Below are positions 26,904-35,465 of a stretch of 40,079 nt of DNA, in pieces. Below the pieces are notes generated by a model that made no database searches, had not been told where the DNA came from, and worked only from the letters and a program-made list of their open reading frames with translations. The stretch is from Gemmatimonadota bacterium (GTDB taxonomy: Bacteria > Gemmatimonadota > Gemmatimonadetes > Gemmatimonadales > JACORV01), in contig JACQVG010000018.1 in the NCBI GenBank assembly GCA_016209905.1, positions 1 to 40,079 on the forward strand, in the 5' to 3' direction. A program made the position numbers and the translations under genes. How positions within the stretch are numbered: the first letter of the stretch is position 1; every line of letters starts with the position of its first letter.

Positions 26904-27499
26904 TCCTGCGCCATCGAATGCCGCGCGGCGATGGCCTGGGCAATCGTCTCGCCGTCGGCGTACTCGAGCTCTCCCCCCATCGGCAGCCCCCGGGCGAGGC
27001 GCGACACTCTCACGCCCAGCGGCCGGAGGACTCCCTCCAGGTAGTGGGCGGTCGCTTCCCCTTCGACCGACGGGTTCGTCGCCACAATCACCTCCCGGAT
27101 CCTCGATCCGTTCCCGACGCGCCGGACGAGCGCCGGAACGCTGAGTGCGTCGGGGCCCACGCCGTCGAGCGGAGACAGCCGTCCACCCAGGACGTGGTAG
27201 AGCCCGCGGTATTCGCCGGCCCGCTCGATGGCCAGCACGTCGGAGGCCTCCTCGACCACGCACAGCACCCCGGAGTCCCGTCGGGAATCGCTGCACAGCG
27301 CGCACGGGTCCGCCTCGGTCAGGTTGCCGCACTCCGAGCAGGCCCGCACGCGCTCTCCCAGCGCCGCCACGGCGCGCGCCAGCCGGGCCGACTGCTCACG
27401 AGGCTGCTTGAGAAGGAAATACGTGAGACGCTGCGCCGTCTTCCGACCGATGCCGGGGAGCTTGGCGAACTCGGCGACCAGCTCCTCGATGGCCGACAC
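26900..27499 (-). CDS. recR: Recombination mediator RecR
   Basis: LPGIGRKTAQRL, C4 zinc finger, YHVLGG.LSPLDG, ATNPSVEGEATA, GGELEYAD. Confidence 0.97.
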   Translation of the reverse strand: MSAIEELVAEFAKLPGIGRKTAQRLTYFLLKQPREQSARLARAVAALGERVRACSECGNLTEADPCALCSDSRRDSGVLCVVEEASDVLAIERAGEYRGLYHVLGGRLSPLDGVGPDALSVPALVRRVGNGSRIREVIVATNPSVEGEATAHYLEGVLRPLGVRVSRLARGLPMGGELEYADGETIAQAIAARHSMAQE

Positions 27500-27501
27500 G
27501 G

Positions 27502-27816
27502 CTACAACGCGAACGGCAGCGGGAACGGCAGGGCGCCTTGAACCTTCTTGATCTCGTCCTGCGCAATCTCCGCCGCCCGCTTCTGCACCTCTGACACGGC
27601 GGCCACCACGAGATCCTCGAGCATCTCGACGTCGCCCCCGAGGAGGCCGGGATCGATTCGAATCTCGCGGATCTGGCCGCGCCCGTCGGCGGTCACGGTC
27701 ACCATGCCCCCGCCCGCCGAGCCGGTCACCGTCCGCTGCGCCAGCTCGCTCTGAATCGCCGCCAGGCGCCCCTGCACCTGCTGCCCGAACTGCAGGAGCG
27801 CGCGAAGATCGGTCAT
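27502..27816 (-). CDS. ybaB: YbaB/EbfC nucleoid-associated protein
   Basis: GSAGGGMVTV, IDP, DVEMLEDLVVAA; between dnaX and recR. Confidence 0.93.
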   Translation of the reverse strand: MTDLRALLQFGQQVQGRLAAIQSELAQRTVTGSAGGGMVTVTADGRGQIREIRIDPGLLGGDVEMLEDLVVAAVSEVQKRAAEIAQDEIKKVQGALPFPLPFAL

Positions 27817-27854
27817 TGGCTACAACCTAGAGTCCGGGCGGGCCGGTGGCAAGC

Positions 27855-29543
27855 CTACTCCAACAGCTCCAGGTCCAGCGCATCGATGGCACGATCGAGC
27901 GCCGGGTCTCGCGCACGCAGCGCCCGCGTTCGCTCGGCCTTGGCGTCGCCGGGCGAGGCCCGCCGCGGCTTCGCGACCGCGGCCCGGGACGGCTCGGGAT
28001 CGGCGGAGGCCACCGTGACCCGGAGCGGCGCGCCGGCGACGCGGGCGATGACCGCCTCGACCGCCGCGCGGTGGCGGCCGAGTCCCTCGGCGGTGAGTGG
28101 GCTTCCGCCCAGCGGCCGCAGGGCGAGCGCGTCTCCCTCGAGGCTGTCCGGGAGGGCGTCCGCGAGTGCTTCGGCCACCAGCATCTTCTTGCCCGTCCGG
28201 GCGGCGACGACGATCTCCGGCCACAGCTCGCGCAACGCGTCCAAGGTGAGAGGACCGGACCGGCGCGCGGACGGCCGAGCGGGCTCGGACGCCTCCGGGC
28301 CTCGTGGGCCGGGGCTCGCCGGGCTGCGATCGGACAGTGCGCGCGGCGGCGAAGTCGGCTCAGCCTCCTCCGTCGCCCGGGCATCCCGGTGTGCGCCGAC
28401 CGCCTTCACGAGCTCGGCGATGTCCACCGTCCGGTCCATCAGCGCCCACCGGAGCAGCAGCGTCTCGAGGGCCAGACGCGGCGCGCCACCGCGCCGGATC
28501 GGCTCCTCCGCTTCCGCCAGGGCGCGCAGGATGCGGAGCAGGTCGCCGGGGGCCAGCTCGCCCGAGCGCCGCACGACCTCGGCGGCGAGCGCGGCGCTGA
28601 CGCCGTCCGGCGCGGCGCCGACGCGGGCGGCGAGCGCGGCACGCCACAGGTCGCCGGCTCCCTCGGCGAAGGCGGCGAGATCCACGCCGGCGTCCACCAG
28701 CTTGGCGACGAACGGGAACACCTCCCGCGGACGGCGCTCGATCACGAGGGAAAACAGCTCCGCGTAGACCTCGTCCCCCACCAGGCCGAGCACGTCGCGC
28801 ACCCGGGCGGCGGACACCACGCCGGAACCGAACGTCGTGACCTGCTCCAGGATGGAGAGCGCGTCCCGCACGCCGCCGTTGGCGACGCGCGCGATGAGCT
28901 CGACCGCGTCCTCGTCCGCCTCCACCCGCTCCGCGTCCGCGACCTCCCTCAGCCGCTCGGCGATGGCCCGCGGGCCGACGCGCCGAAAGTCGAACCGCTG
29001 GAGCCGGCTCATCACGGGAGCGGCGGTGTTCGTGATCTTGTGCGGCTCCGTCGTCGCGAAGACGAAGACGACGCCCGGCGGCGGCTCCTCCAGGATCTTG
29101 AGGAGCGTGTTCCACGCCTCGCGCGTCAGCATGTGCGCTTCGTCCACGATGTAGACCTTGAAGCGCCCCTCCTGCGACGCGGCGTACATCGCACGCTCCC
29201 TCAGCTCGCGCGCGTCGTCCACGCCGCGGTTGCTCGCCGCGTCGATCTCGACGACGTCGAGGCTGGTGGAGCCGCTCCAGATGCGCCGGCACGACACGCA
29301 CTCGCCGCACGGCTCGCCGGGCGCCGCAGTCGGCGCGCCCGCGTGTCGGGCATCGCAGTTCAGGGCCATGGCGAGGATGCGCGCCGCAGTCGTCTTGCCC
29401 ACTCCGCGCGGGCCCGCGAAGACGTAGCCGTGCGCCACGCGGCCCTGCTGCACCGCGCCGCGCAGCGCGCGCGCGACGTGATCCTGGGCGATCAGCTCGC
29501 CGAAGAGGCGCGGACGGTACTTGCGGGCGAGGGCTACGTGCAT
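27855..29543 (-). CDS. dnaX: DNA polymerase III subunit gamma/tau
   Basis: ALARKYRP, GPRGVGKTT, PCGECVSC, EIDAASNRGVDD, IVDEAHML, LLKILEEPP. Confidence 0.97.
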   Translation of the reverse strand: MHVALARKYRPRLFGELIAQDHVARALRGAVQQGRVAHGYVFAGPRGVGKTTAARILAMALNCDARHAGAPTAAPGEPCGECVSCRRIWSGSTSLDVVEIDAASNRGVDDARELRERAMYAASQEGRFKVYIVDEAHMLTREAWNTLLKILEEPPPGVVFVFATTEPHKITNTAAPVMSRLQRFDFRRVGPRAIAERLREVADAERVEADEDAVELIARVANGGVRDALSILEQVTTFGSGVVSAARVRDVLGLVGDEVYAELFSLVIERRPREVFPFVAKLVDAGVDLAAFAEGAGDLWRAALAARVGAAPDGVSAALAAEVVRRSGELAPGDLLRILRALAEAEEPIRRGGAPRLALETLLLRWALMDRTVDIAELVKAVGAHRDARATEEAEPTSPPRALSDRSPASPGPRGPEASEPARPSARRSGPLTLDALRELWPEIVVAARTGKKMLVAEALADALPDSLEGDALALRPLGGSPLTAEGLGRHRAAVEAVIARVAGAPLRVTVASADPEPSRAAVAKPRRASPGDAKAERTRALRARDPALDRAIDALDLELLE

Positions 29544-29550
29544 CGAGACC

Positions 29551-29590
29551 AGAGTTGCAGAGTTGCAGAGTGAGAGAGTTGCAGGTGCAG
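29551..29590. repeat. Imperfect 8-bp tandem repeat (AGAGTTGC)
   Basis: agagttgc agagttgc agagtgag agagttgc aggtgcag; another cagagttgc near 29723. Confidence 0.7.
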
Positions 29591-29629
29591 ACGGCCCCCC
29601 GAACGGCTATGCAGTTCCGAGTGGGTGAG

Positions 29630-29702
29630 CTGGGGCGGGAGGATTCGAACCTCCAACTTCCCGGTTAACAGCCGGGCGGTCTGCCAGTTGACCTACACCC
29701 CA
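29630..29702 (-). tRNA. tRNA-Asn (GTT)
   Basis: TGGGGTG/CGCCCCA acceptor stem, anticodon arm CCCGG-CT GTT AA-CCGGG, T-arm GGTTCGAATCC; CCA not encoded. Confidence 0.96.
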
Positions 29703-29751
29703 ACGAGCCGGCAGCGAGTTCGCAGAGTTGCGGGCCACTGGAAACGGGAGT

Positions 29752-29848
29752 GCCCCAGGCTCCCCGTCGCGACGCGAGACATCGCTTAGCGCTGCTGCCT
29801 GCGGGGCCCTGACGCGGTTCGCAAGCCCGTGCCCGACGGACCTGGGGC
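29752..29848 (-). ncRNA. ffs: Small SRP RNA (4.5S)
   Basis: Terminal stem GCCCCAGG/CCTGGGGC and helix-8 signature GAACCGCGTCAGG-GCC...GGC-AGCAGCGCTAAG; upstream of dnaX as is common. Confidence 0.88.
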
Positions 29849-29854
29849 GATCAC

Positions 29855-29883
29855 AAGATAGTTGGACGCTGCGCCGACGCCAA
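29855..29883 (-). promoter_or_regulatory. Sigma70-type promoter of ffs
   Basis: TTGGCG, 17 bp, TATCTT; places the start at about 29848. Confidence 0.6.
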
Positions 29884-29908
29884 GGCGCCGGCGGGCACGA
29901 TGCCCGTC

Positions 29909-30805
29909 TCAACCGGAGAGGATCGCGCGCTGCGCCGCCTGGCGGCGCCGCAGCTCGTAGACCTGGGCGATCTCGCCGCCGAGGAGGAACACGAAGGTCA
30001 TGTAGTACACCCACCCGACGAAGAGCAGGAGCGCGCCGAGCGTGGCGTCGCTCACCAGCTGGTCGGCCCGGACCATTGTCCGGAAGTAGAGGCCGAGGAC
30101 CTGCTTGGCGATCTCGAAGCCGAGGCTGCACGTCACCGCGGCCACCAGCGCGCTGTCCCACCGGATGCGGCGCGCCGGGGCATAGCGGAACACGACCAGA
30201 AAGAGCAGGAGCACGAACACGTAGGCGAGGAGCTGGACGATCACGAACTCCAGGAACCCGATCGCCGGGTTGCGCTCCCCCAGCACGGCCAGCCCTTCGG
30301 AGGCCGCGGCATTCGCGACGAACAGGAGGCCGGTCACCAGCACCAGGGCGACGTCCTGGAGCTTGCCCCGCAGCCAGGAGCGCGTCTCCTCCGTGTCGAA
30401 GACCTCGCACAGCACCGCACGGAGCGAACCGAACAGCCGGGTGGAGAACCAGACGAAGAGCGGCAGGCCGAGGACGCCGAGCGTGCCGCGCGACTGGGTG
30501 ACTCCCTCGGCCAACCGGATCACCGGCTCGAAGGGGTCGGTGCCGCCGCGCGCCCTGGTGGGCAGCCACCGCTGCAGGTAGTCGCGCAACTCCACCTGCG
30601 CCGCGTCCGCCCCGGCGTTCAAGAGGTAGCCGACCAGGGAGAGGACCAGCAGCGCCAGCGGAATGGCCGCCAGGAGCGCATCGAAGGTGAGCCCGCTGGC
30701 GAGGAACGGCACGTTCGACTCCGCCGCGCCCTGGTAGACCCGGCGGACGAAGTTCCGTACGTCGTGCCACAGAAAGCGCCAGCGGAGCCCGGCAGTGGCC
30801 TCCAC
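29909..30805 (-). CDS. YihY/BrkB-family membrane protein
   Basis: ASGLTFDALLAAIP, FRYAP, FEIAK..LGLY, LG..LLFVGWVYY...FLLGGEI. Confidence 0.88.
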   Translation of the reverse strand: MEATAGLRWRFLWHDVRNFVRRVYQGAAESNVPFLASGLTFDALLAAIPLALLVLSLVGYLLNAGADAAQVELRDYLQRWLPTRARGGTDPFEPVIRLAEGVTQSRGTLGVLGLPLFVWFSTRLFGSLRAVLCEVFDTEETRSWLRGKLQDVALVLVTGLLFVANAAASEGLAVLGERNPAIGFLEFVIVQLLAYVFVLLLFLVVFRYAPARRIRWDSALVAAVTCSLGFEIAKQVLGLYFRTMVRADQLVSDATLGALLLFVGWVYYMTFVFLLGGEIAQVYELRRRQAAQRAILSG

Positions 30806-30813
30806 GGCCAAGC

Positions 30814-31245
30814 CTATGCGACCGGCTCCTCGTCGCTCGCGGCCGGGCGGGCCGCGCGCCTTGCCTCGCGGGCCTCGCCGAGGCGGCGCTCCAGCTCCTC
30901 GCGCGCCGTGTGGGCCGCGGCGCGCCCCGCCTCCGCGACGTCGCCGGCCACCTGCCGACCCTCGCGCACGCCGCGCTTGGCCGTCTCGAGCCCCGCCTCC
31001 ACGCCCGCCCGCGCCCGCTCGTACGTGTCGGTCACCAGTTCCTGGAGCTCGTCCGCCTTCGACACCGCCAGGTCCGTGAGGCGGCGCCCGCGGGTCCGAA
31101 GGTTCGCGCGCATCTCCTCGCCGCTCATCGGCGCGAAGAGCAACGCGAGGGCCGCGCCGACGGCGACGCCCCACAGGAAGGGCACCACCGGGAAGCCGCG
31201 TTTCTCGACCACCACGACCTCGTCCTCGTCCTCATGCCGTGCCAT
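30814..31245 (-). CDS. YtxH-domain protein
   Basis: FLWGVAVGAALALLFAPMSGEEMR followed by a coiled region. Confidence 0.85.
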   Translation of the reverse strand: MARHEDEDEVVVVEKRGFPVVPFLWGVAVGAALALLFAPMSGEEMRANLRTRGRRLTDLAVSKADELQELVTDTYERARAGVEAGLETAKRGVREGRQVAGDVAEAGRAAAHTAREELERRLGEAREARRAARPAASDEEPVA

Positions 31246-31261
31246 ACGAAGTCCTCCCCTT

Positions 31262-32680
31262 CTACTCCCCTGCCTCGGCGTCGTCCGGCGCGGCGGCCAT
31301 GGTGACCGCCGGCTCGGGCCGCCGGATGGATGGAGCGCCCCCGTACCGCGCCACGACGTCGGCCGTGTCCGCCACCCGCAGCGACCTCAGCAGGAAGGCG
31401 AACTGCTCCTCCAGCGCGGCACCCAGGGCCGTCCGCACCACCTCGGGCAAGTTCCACCACTCCGCCTTGAACGGCCCCAGCGCCTTCTTACGGGTCTTGT
31501 AGAAGAACTGCTCGTCCGTCTCGCCCGCCTTGCGCTCGCCCGCGGCGTTCTCGCGCAGCCAGTCGTAGAGCTTCGCCTTGAACGCCACCGGCGTCGCCTC
31601 GTGCTCGAACAGCAGCGTCTGGAACGCCGTGGCGAGATGGATCTCGGCAGTCTCAATCTCGGGAAATCTGCCGAACGCGGAGGCCGGGAGGGTGGACGCG
31701 CCGTGCTGCACCGCGCCGGCCAGACCATAGCGCTCCCGCGCTTCCCGGGAGAGCGCCTCCAGCGCCTGGAGGTCGAGCTTGACCTCGGCGATGGACCCGT
31801 CCGGCAGGACGACGCCCCCGTGCGACGTGCCGGTCTGCACGCTGATCTTCGAGATGCCGGCCAGCTCCGGGCCGAACTCGGCGAGCGCTCGGGCGTAACC
31901 CTCCATGAAGGCGCGCAGCTCGTGGACGTCGCTGTTCTTGCCGCCGACCTCGCCGATCTCGGCCCCGACCGAGACCGTGAGCCCGGGGGGCTCGTGCGCG
32001 CGAATGCACGCCGTGATCTCGGCCGCCCGCTCGTAGTTGGCGCGCTGCTGGAGATCGAGGGTCGGTTGCGACAGGTCGACGAGCGTGGACGTGTCCACGT
32101 CGATGTTGTAGAACCCGGCGGCGAGCTCCTCCTGGATCAGCGACGTCACGGCCCCGACCTCTCCCTCGGGGTCGCCGGCGTACTTCTTGGCATTGATCTG
32201 GCAGTGGTCGCCCTGGATGAACAGCGGGGCCTGGAATCCCTCGCGCAGCGCCGCAGCGAGGAGGACCGCGACGTACTCCGCCGGGCGCTGGTCCGTGTAG
32301 GAGATCTCGGACCGGGCGATCTCGCAGATGAAGGCGCCGGCGTTGAGCTGCCGGGCCGCGCGGAAGAGGGCGCGCGCCGACTCGTAGGCCAGGCCGCGAA
32401 GGTTGATAGCGGGCACCGTGAACCCGCCGACCTCACCCCGGCCCCGCGCCAGGTAGAGCTGGTGGATCGACGCGGGCTTCGCGCCGACCTCCTGCCCGAT
32501 CTCCCACAGGAGCCACCGCGCGGCGTCGCGCGCGATGTCGTCACCGAACACCGCTGTGCAGACCAGCCGGTCGGTCGCCGGGCCCATCAGGTCGCGCGGA
32601 CGCGGAACCTGCACGCTGCCGCCCGCGCCCACCACCGCGCCGCCGAAGGGAGCGAGCAGTCTCTGGACGATATCGTTCAT
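31262..32680 (-). CDS. Class II fructose-bisphosphate aldolase family protein
   Basis: VPAIN, IQGDH, VSVGAEIGEVGG, GTSHGG, VQHGASTL; ATG 32680 follows AGGAG. Confidence 0.85.
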   Translation of the reverse strand: MNDIVQRLLAPFGGAVVGAGGSVQVPRPRDLMGPATDRLVCTAVFGDDIARDAARWLLWEIGQEVGAKPASIHQLYLARGRGEVGGFTVPAINLRGLAYESARALFRAARQLNAGAFICEIARSEISYTDQRPAEYVAVLLAAALREGFQAPLFIQGDHCQINAKKYAGDPEGEVGAVTSLIQEELAAGFYNIDVDTSTLVDLSQPTLDLQQRANYERAAEITACIRAHEPPGLTVSVGAEIGEVGGKNSDVHELRAFMEGYARALAEFGPELAGISKISVQTGTSHGGVVLPDGSIAEVKLDLQALEALSREARERYGLAGAVQHGASTLPASAFGRFPEIETAEIHLATAFQTLLFEHEATPVAFKAKLYDWLRENAAGERKAGETDEQFFYKTRKKALGPFKAEWWNLPEVVRTALGAALEEQFAFLLRSLRVADTADVVARYGGAPSIRRPEPAVTMAAAPDDAEAGE

Positions 32681-32724
32681 GGCGACTCCTGGCTGTCGTT
32701 CCGCGGGGAGAAATGTAGACCCGG

Positions 32725-33498
32725 TCAGACCTCGATCACCAGCCCGTCGTACGCCGGCCGAATCCCGGGCGGCAGCTCGGCTTCGAGCTCGGCGTGTCCC
32801 GTCTCGTGAGTCAGGTGGGTGAGATAGGTCCGCGGCGCCCCGATGGCACGCGCCGTTTCGACGGCTTCGGGGATCGACAGGTGGGTCGGGTGGACCCTGT
32901 GGAACAGCGCGTTCAATACGAGCACCCTGACCCCCGCGAGGGCGCTCCGGGCCTCCGCGGGGACCTCCTTGGCGTCGGTGATGTATGCCAGGTCGCCGAA
33001 CCGGTACCCGAAGACCGTCGTCGGGCCGTGGCCGAACGCCAGCGGCAGCACGGCGATCCCGGCGACGGTCGCCGGCCTGCCCGCCGGAAGCGGCGTGACC
33101 TCCACGTCGGGCCGGGGCGAACCGGGAAGGGGCCGGGCGTCGGGATCGAAGATGTAGTCGAACCGCTTGCGCATCCGCTCCAGCGAGTCGGCCGGCCCGA
33201 AGATCCGGAGGGTCCCGTGGCGACCGCCGGAGAGGGCGCGCAGGTCGTCGATGCCGTGGGTGTGATCGGCGTGGTCGTGGGTGTAGAGAACCGCGTCCAC
33301 CGCGCCGATGCCGGCGCGCACCATCGCGATCCGAAGCTCGGGGGGCGTGTCCACCAGCAGCAGGGCGCCCCGCTCCTCGACGACCACGGCGGTGCGGGAG
33401 CGTCGGTCGCGGCTGTCGGGCGAGCGGCAGACTCGGCAGGAGCATCCGATCTGCGGGATCCCGAACGAGGTGCCCGTTCCCAGAAAGTGCAGCCTCAC
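32725..33498 (-). CDS. PhnP-like MBL-fold metallohydrolase
   Basis: FLGTGTSFGIPQIGC.C.VC, THDHADHTHG, AYITD, HPTH, LTHLTH, AYDGL. Confidence 0.9.
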   Translation of the reverse strand: MRLHFLGTGTSFGIPQIGCSCRVCRSPDSRDRRSRTAVVVEERGALLLVDTPPELRIAMVRAGIGAVDAVLYTHDHADHTHGIDDLRALSGGRHGTLRIFGPADSLERMRKRFDYIFDPDARPLPGSPRPDVEVTPLPAGRPATVAGIAVLPLAFGHGPTTVFGYRFGDLAYITDAKEVPAEARSALAGVRVLVLNALFHRVHPTHLSIPEAVETARAIGAPRTYLTHLTHETGHAELEAELPPGIRPAYDGLVIEV

Positions 33499-33504
33499 GC
33501 CGGG

Positions 33505-34914
33505 CTACACCTCCTCGACCTTCATCATGTTGGTGGTGCCCGGAACGTCGAAGGGAACGCCCGCCATGACCACCAAGCGGTCGCCCTTCCGTGCGAGGCC
33601 GTGCACGAGGATCCGCTCGCGCGCGGCGTCGAGCATCGTCCCGTAGCGCGGCGGCTCGTCGGTCAGCATCGGCACGACGCCCCATACGAGGGCCAGCTGG
33701 CGGAAGACACGCTCCTTGTCCGTCACGCCGAGAATGGGCATGGGCGGGCGGCTGGCGGCGACGACCCGCACGCTGAATCCGCTCGACGTGAAGGTCACGA
33801 TGATGGGAACGCGCAGCATGCGCCCGGCCGCCACGGCGGCGGCGGCCACGGCATGTTCCGTCTTGACCGGGTCGCCGTCCTCGGGAGGCCACGCCTCGCG
33901 AGAGGGCCGCCCGGAATCGTGCCGCTCCATCTCGCGAATGATCCGGTCCATCGCCTCGAGTGCCTCGCGCGGGTAGTGGCCGGCGGCCGTCTCCGCCGAG
34001 AGCATGACGGCGTCGGTACCGTCCACGATCGCGTTCGCGACGTCCGAGGCCTCCGCCCGCGTGGGCCGCGGGTTGTGGACCATGGACTCCAGCATCTGGG
34101 TGGCCGTGATCACGGGTCGGCGGTGTCGGATCGCCATCCGGATTAGCCGTTTCTGGACCAGCGGCACCTCCTCGAACGGGAGCTCGACGCCGAGGTCGCC
34201 CCGGGCCACCATGATGCCGTCGCTCGTCTCGATGATCCGGTCCGCGTCCCTGAGCGCAGTGTCCTTCTCGAACTTGGCCACCACGTGCGTCCCCGCGGGC
34301 AGGAGCGCGCGCAGCGCCGCCACGTCCTCGGCGCGGCGCACGAACGAGAGACCCACGTAGTCCACGTCGTGCTCGGCCGCAAAGGCGGCGTCGGCGCGGT
34401 CCTTCTCGGTCAGCGTCGGCGCCGACACGTCCACACCCGGCAGGTTCATCCCCTTGTGGCTCGTGAGCTCGCCGCCGTACTCGACCCGCGCCTCGATGAG
34501 CGGCCCCCGCACCGCGGTCACCTCCGCCGCCAGCAACCCGTCGTCGAGGAGGATCCGCGCCCCGACCCGGACATCGGCCGCAAGGTCGGCATAGGTGGTG
34601 GGGATCTCGCCGGGCCGTGCCTGCCCCTGGGGCGCGAAGACGATCGTCTCTCGGGGGACGAGCGTCAGCGGCGCCGCCAGCTCGCCGACGCGGATGCGCG
34701 GTCCCTGCAGGTCGAGGAGCACCGCCACCGGCCGGCCGGCGTCGCGGGCCGTCGCGCGCACGGTGCGAACCAGCGCGGCGCGCTGCTCCGGCGTCCCGTG
34801 GCTGGCGTTCACGCGGGCCACATCCATTCCGGCGGCGATCAGCGATGCCACCACCTCCGGCGCGGACGAGGCCGGCCCCAAGGTGGCGACAATCTTGGTG
34901 CGGCGGACGGTCAG
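33505..34914 (-). CDS. pyk: Pyruvate kinase
   Basis: RRTKIVATLGPAS, LDLQGP.IR, DGIMVARGDLGVE, ATQMLESM..NPRPTRAEASDVANA, MLSAETA; start probably CTG 34914. Confidence 0.96.
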   Translation of the reverse strand: MTVRRTKIVATLGPASSAPEVVASLIAAGMDVARVNASHGTPEQRAALVRTVRATARDAGRPVAVLLDLQGPRIRVGELAAPLTLVPRETIVFAPQGQARPGEIPTTYADLAADVRVGARILLDDGLLAAEVTAVRGPLIEARVEYGGELTSHKGMNLPGVDVSAPTLTEKDRADAAFAAEHDVDYVGLSFVRRAEDVAALRALLPAGTHVVAKFEKDTALRDADRIIETSDGIMVARGDLGVELPFEEVPLVQKRLIRMAIRHRRPVITATQMLESMVHNPRPTRAEASDVANAIVDGTDAVMLSAETAAGHYPREALEAMDRIIREMERHDSGRPSREAWPPEDGDPVKTEHAVAAAAVAAGRMLRVPIIVTFTSSGFSVRVVAASRPPMPILGVTDKERVFRQLALVWGVVPMLTDEPPRYGTMLDAARERILVHGLARKGDRLVVMAGVPFDVPGTTNMMKVEEV

Positions 34915-34928
34915 GCGGACCCCCGGGG

Positions 34929-35396
34929 CTAGCGCCCCTTCTTGTACTCCTTGAGGAAACCCCTGAAGATCCGGAGGTGGTGCTCCTCGTCCGCGAGAAG
35001 CCGAACGCAGAGGTCCTGGGTCACGTAGTCCCGGCCTTCGCACATGGCGATGGTCGCGTTGTACTCTGCGCACGCGCTCTCTTCGGCGGCGATGACGCCC
35101 TCGATCACGGAGATCACGTCCGTGGGGTCCTCGGGTGGCTGGAGCTTCTTCTGCGCCGCCCTGAACTGCATCGAGCCGGGCAGCGTCCCGCCCAGCTCCT
35201 TGATGCGGTTGCCGAGGGAGGTCGCGTGCAGCAGCTCGTCCTGCACCTCGGTCGTCAGCGACTTCTTGATCTCCTCGGCACGCACCCCGTCGAGGTGGAT
35301 CGAGTTCGCCAGATAGTTGAGGACGGCCTCGATCTCCATCCAGTACGACCTGATCAACGCCCGGACGATTTGCTGCCTGGTGGCCGCTTTGGCCAT
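34929..35396 (-). CDS. Ferritin-like di-iron protein (bacterioferritin/rubrerythrin-like)
   Basis: E..A...Y, DELLHA, E....EY, DEEHH carboxylate/His motifs. Confidence 0.85.
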   Translation of the reverse strand: MAKAATRQQIVRALIRSYWMEIEAVLNYLANSIHLDGVRAEEIKKSLTTEVQDELLHATSLGNRIKELGGTLPGSMQFRAAQKKLQPPEDPTDVISVIEGVIAAEESACAEYNATIAMCEGRDYVTQDLCVRLLADEEHHLRIFRGFLKEYKKGR

Positions 35397-35465
35397 GCGG
35401 GAGACCCTCGGGTGCGGGACGCTAGCAATGTAGCCTCCGCGCCGGTGGCGCGGAATGAGGCCGCC

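Noticed and set aside
27855-29543. Programmed frameshift in dnaX
   Set aside because: No A-rich slippery run such as AAAAAAG seen; the ORF is continuous.
29630-29702. tRNA-Asn as an island integration site
   Set aside because: No integrase or duplicated 3' end nearby; the flanks are housekeeping genes.
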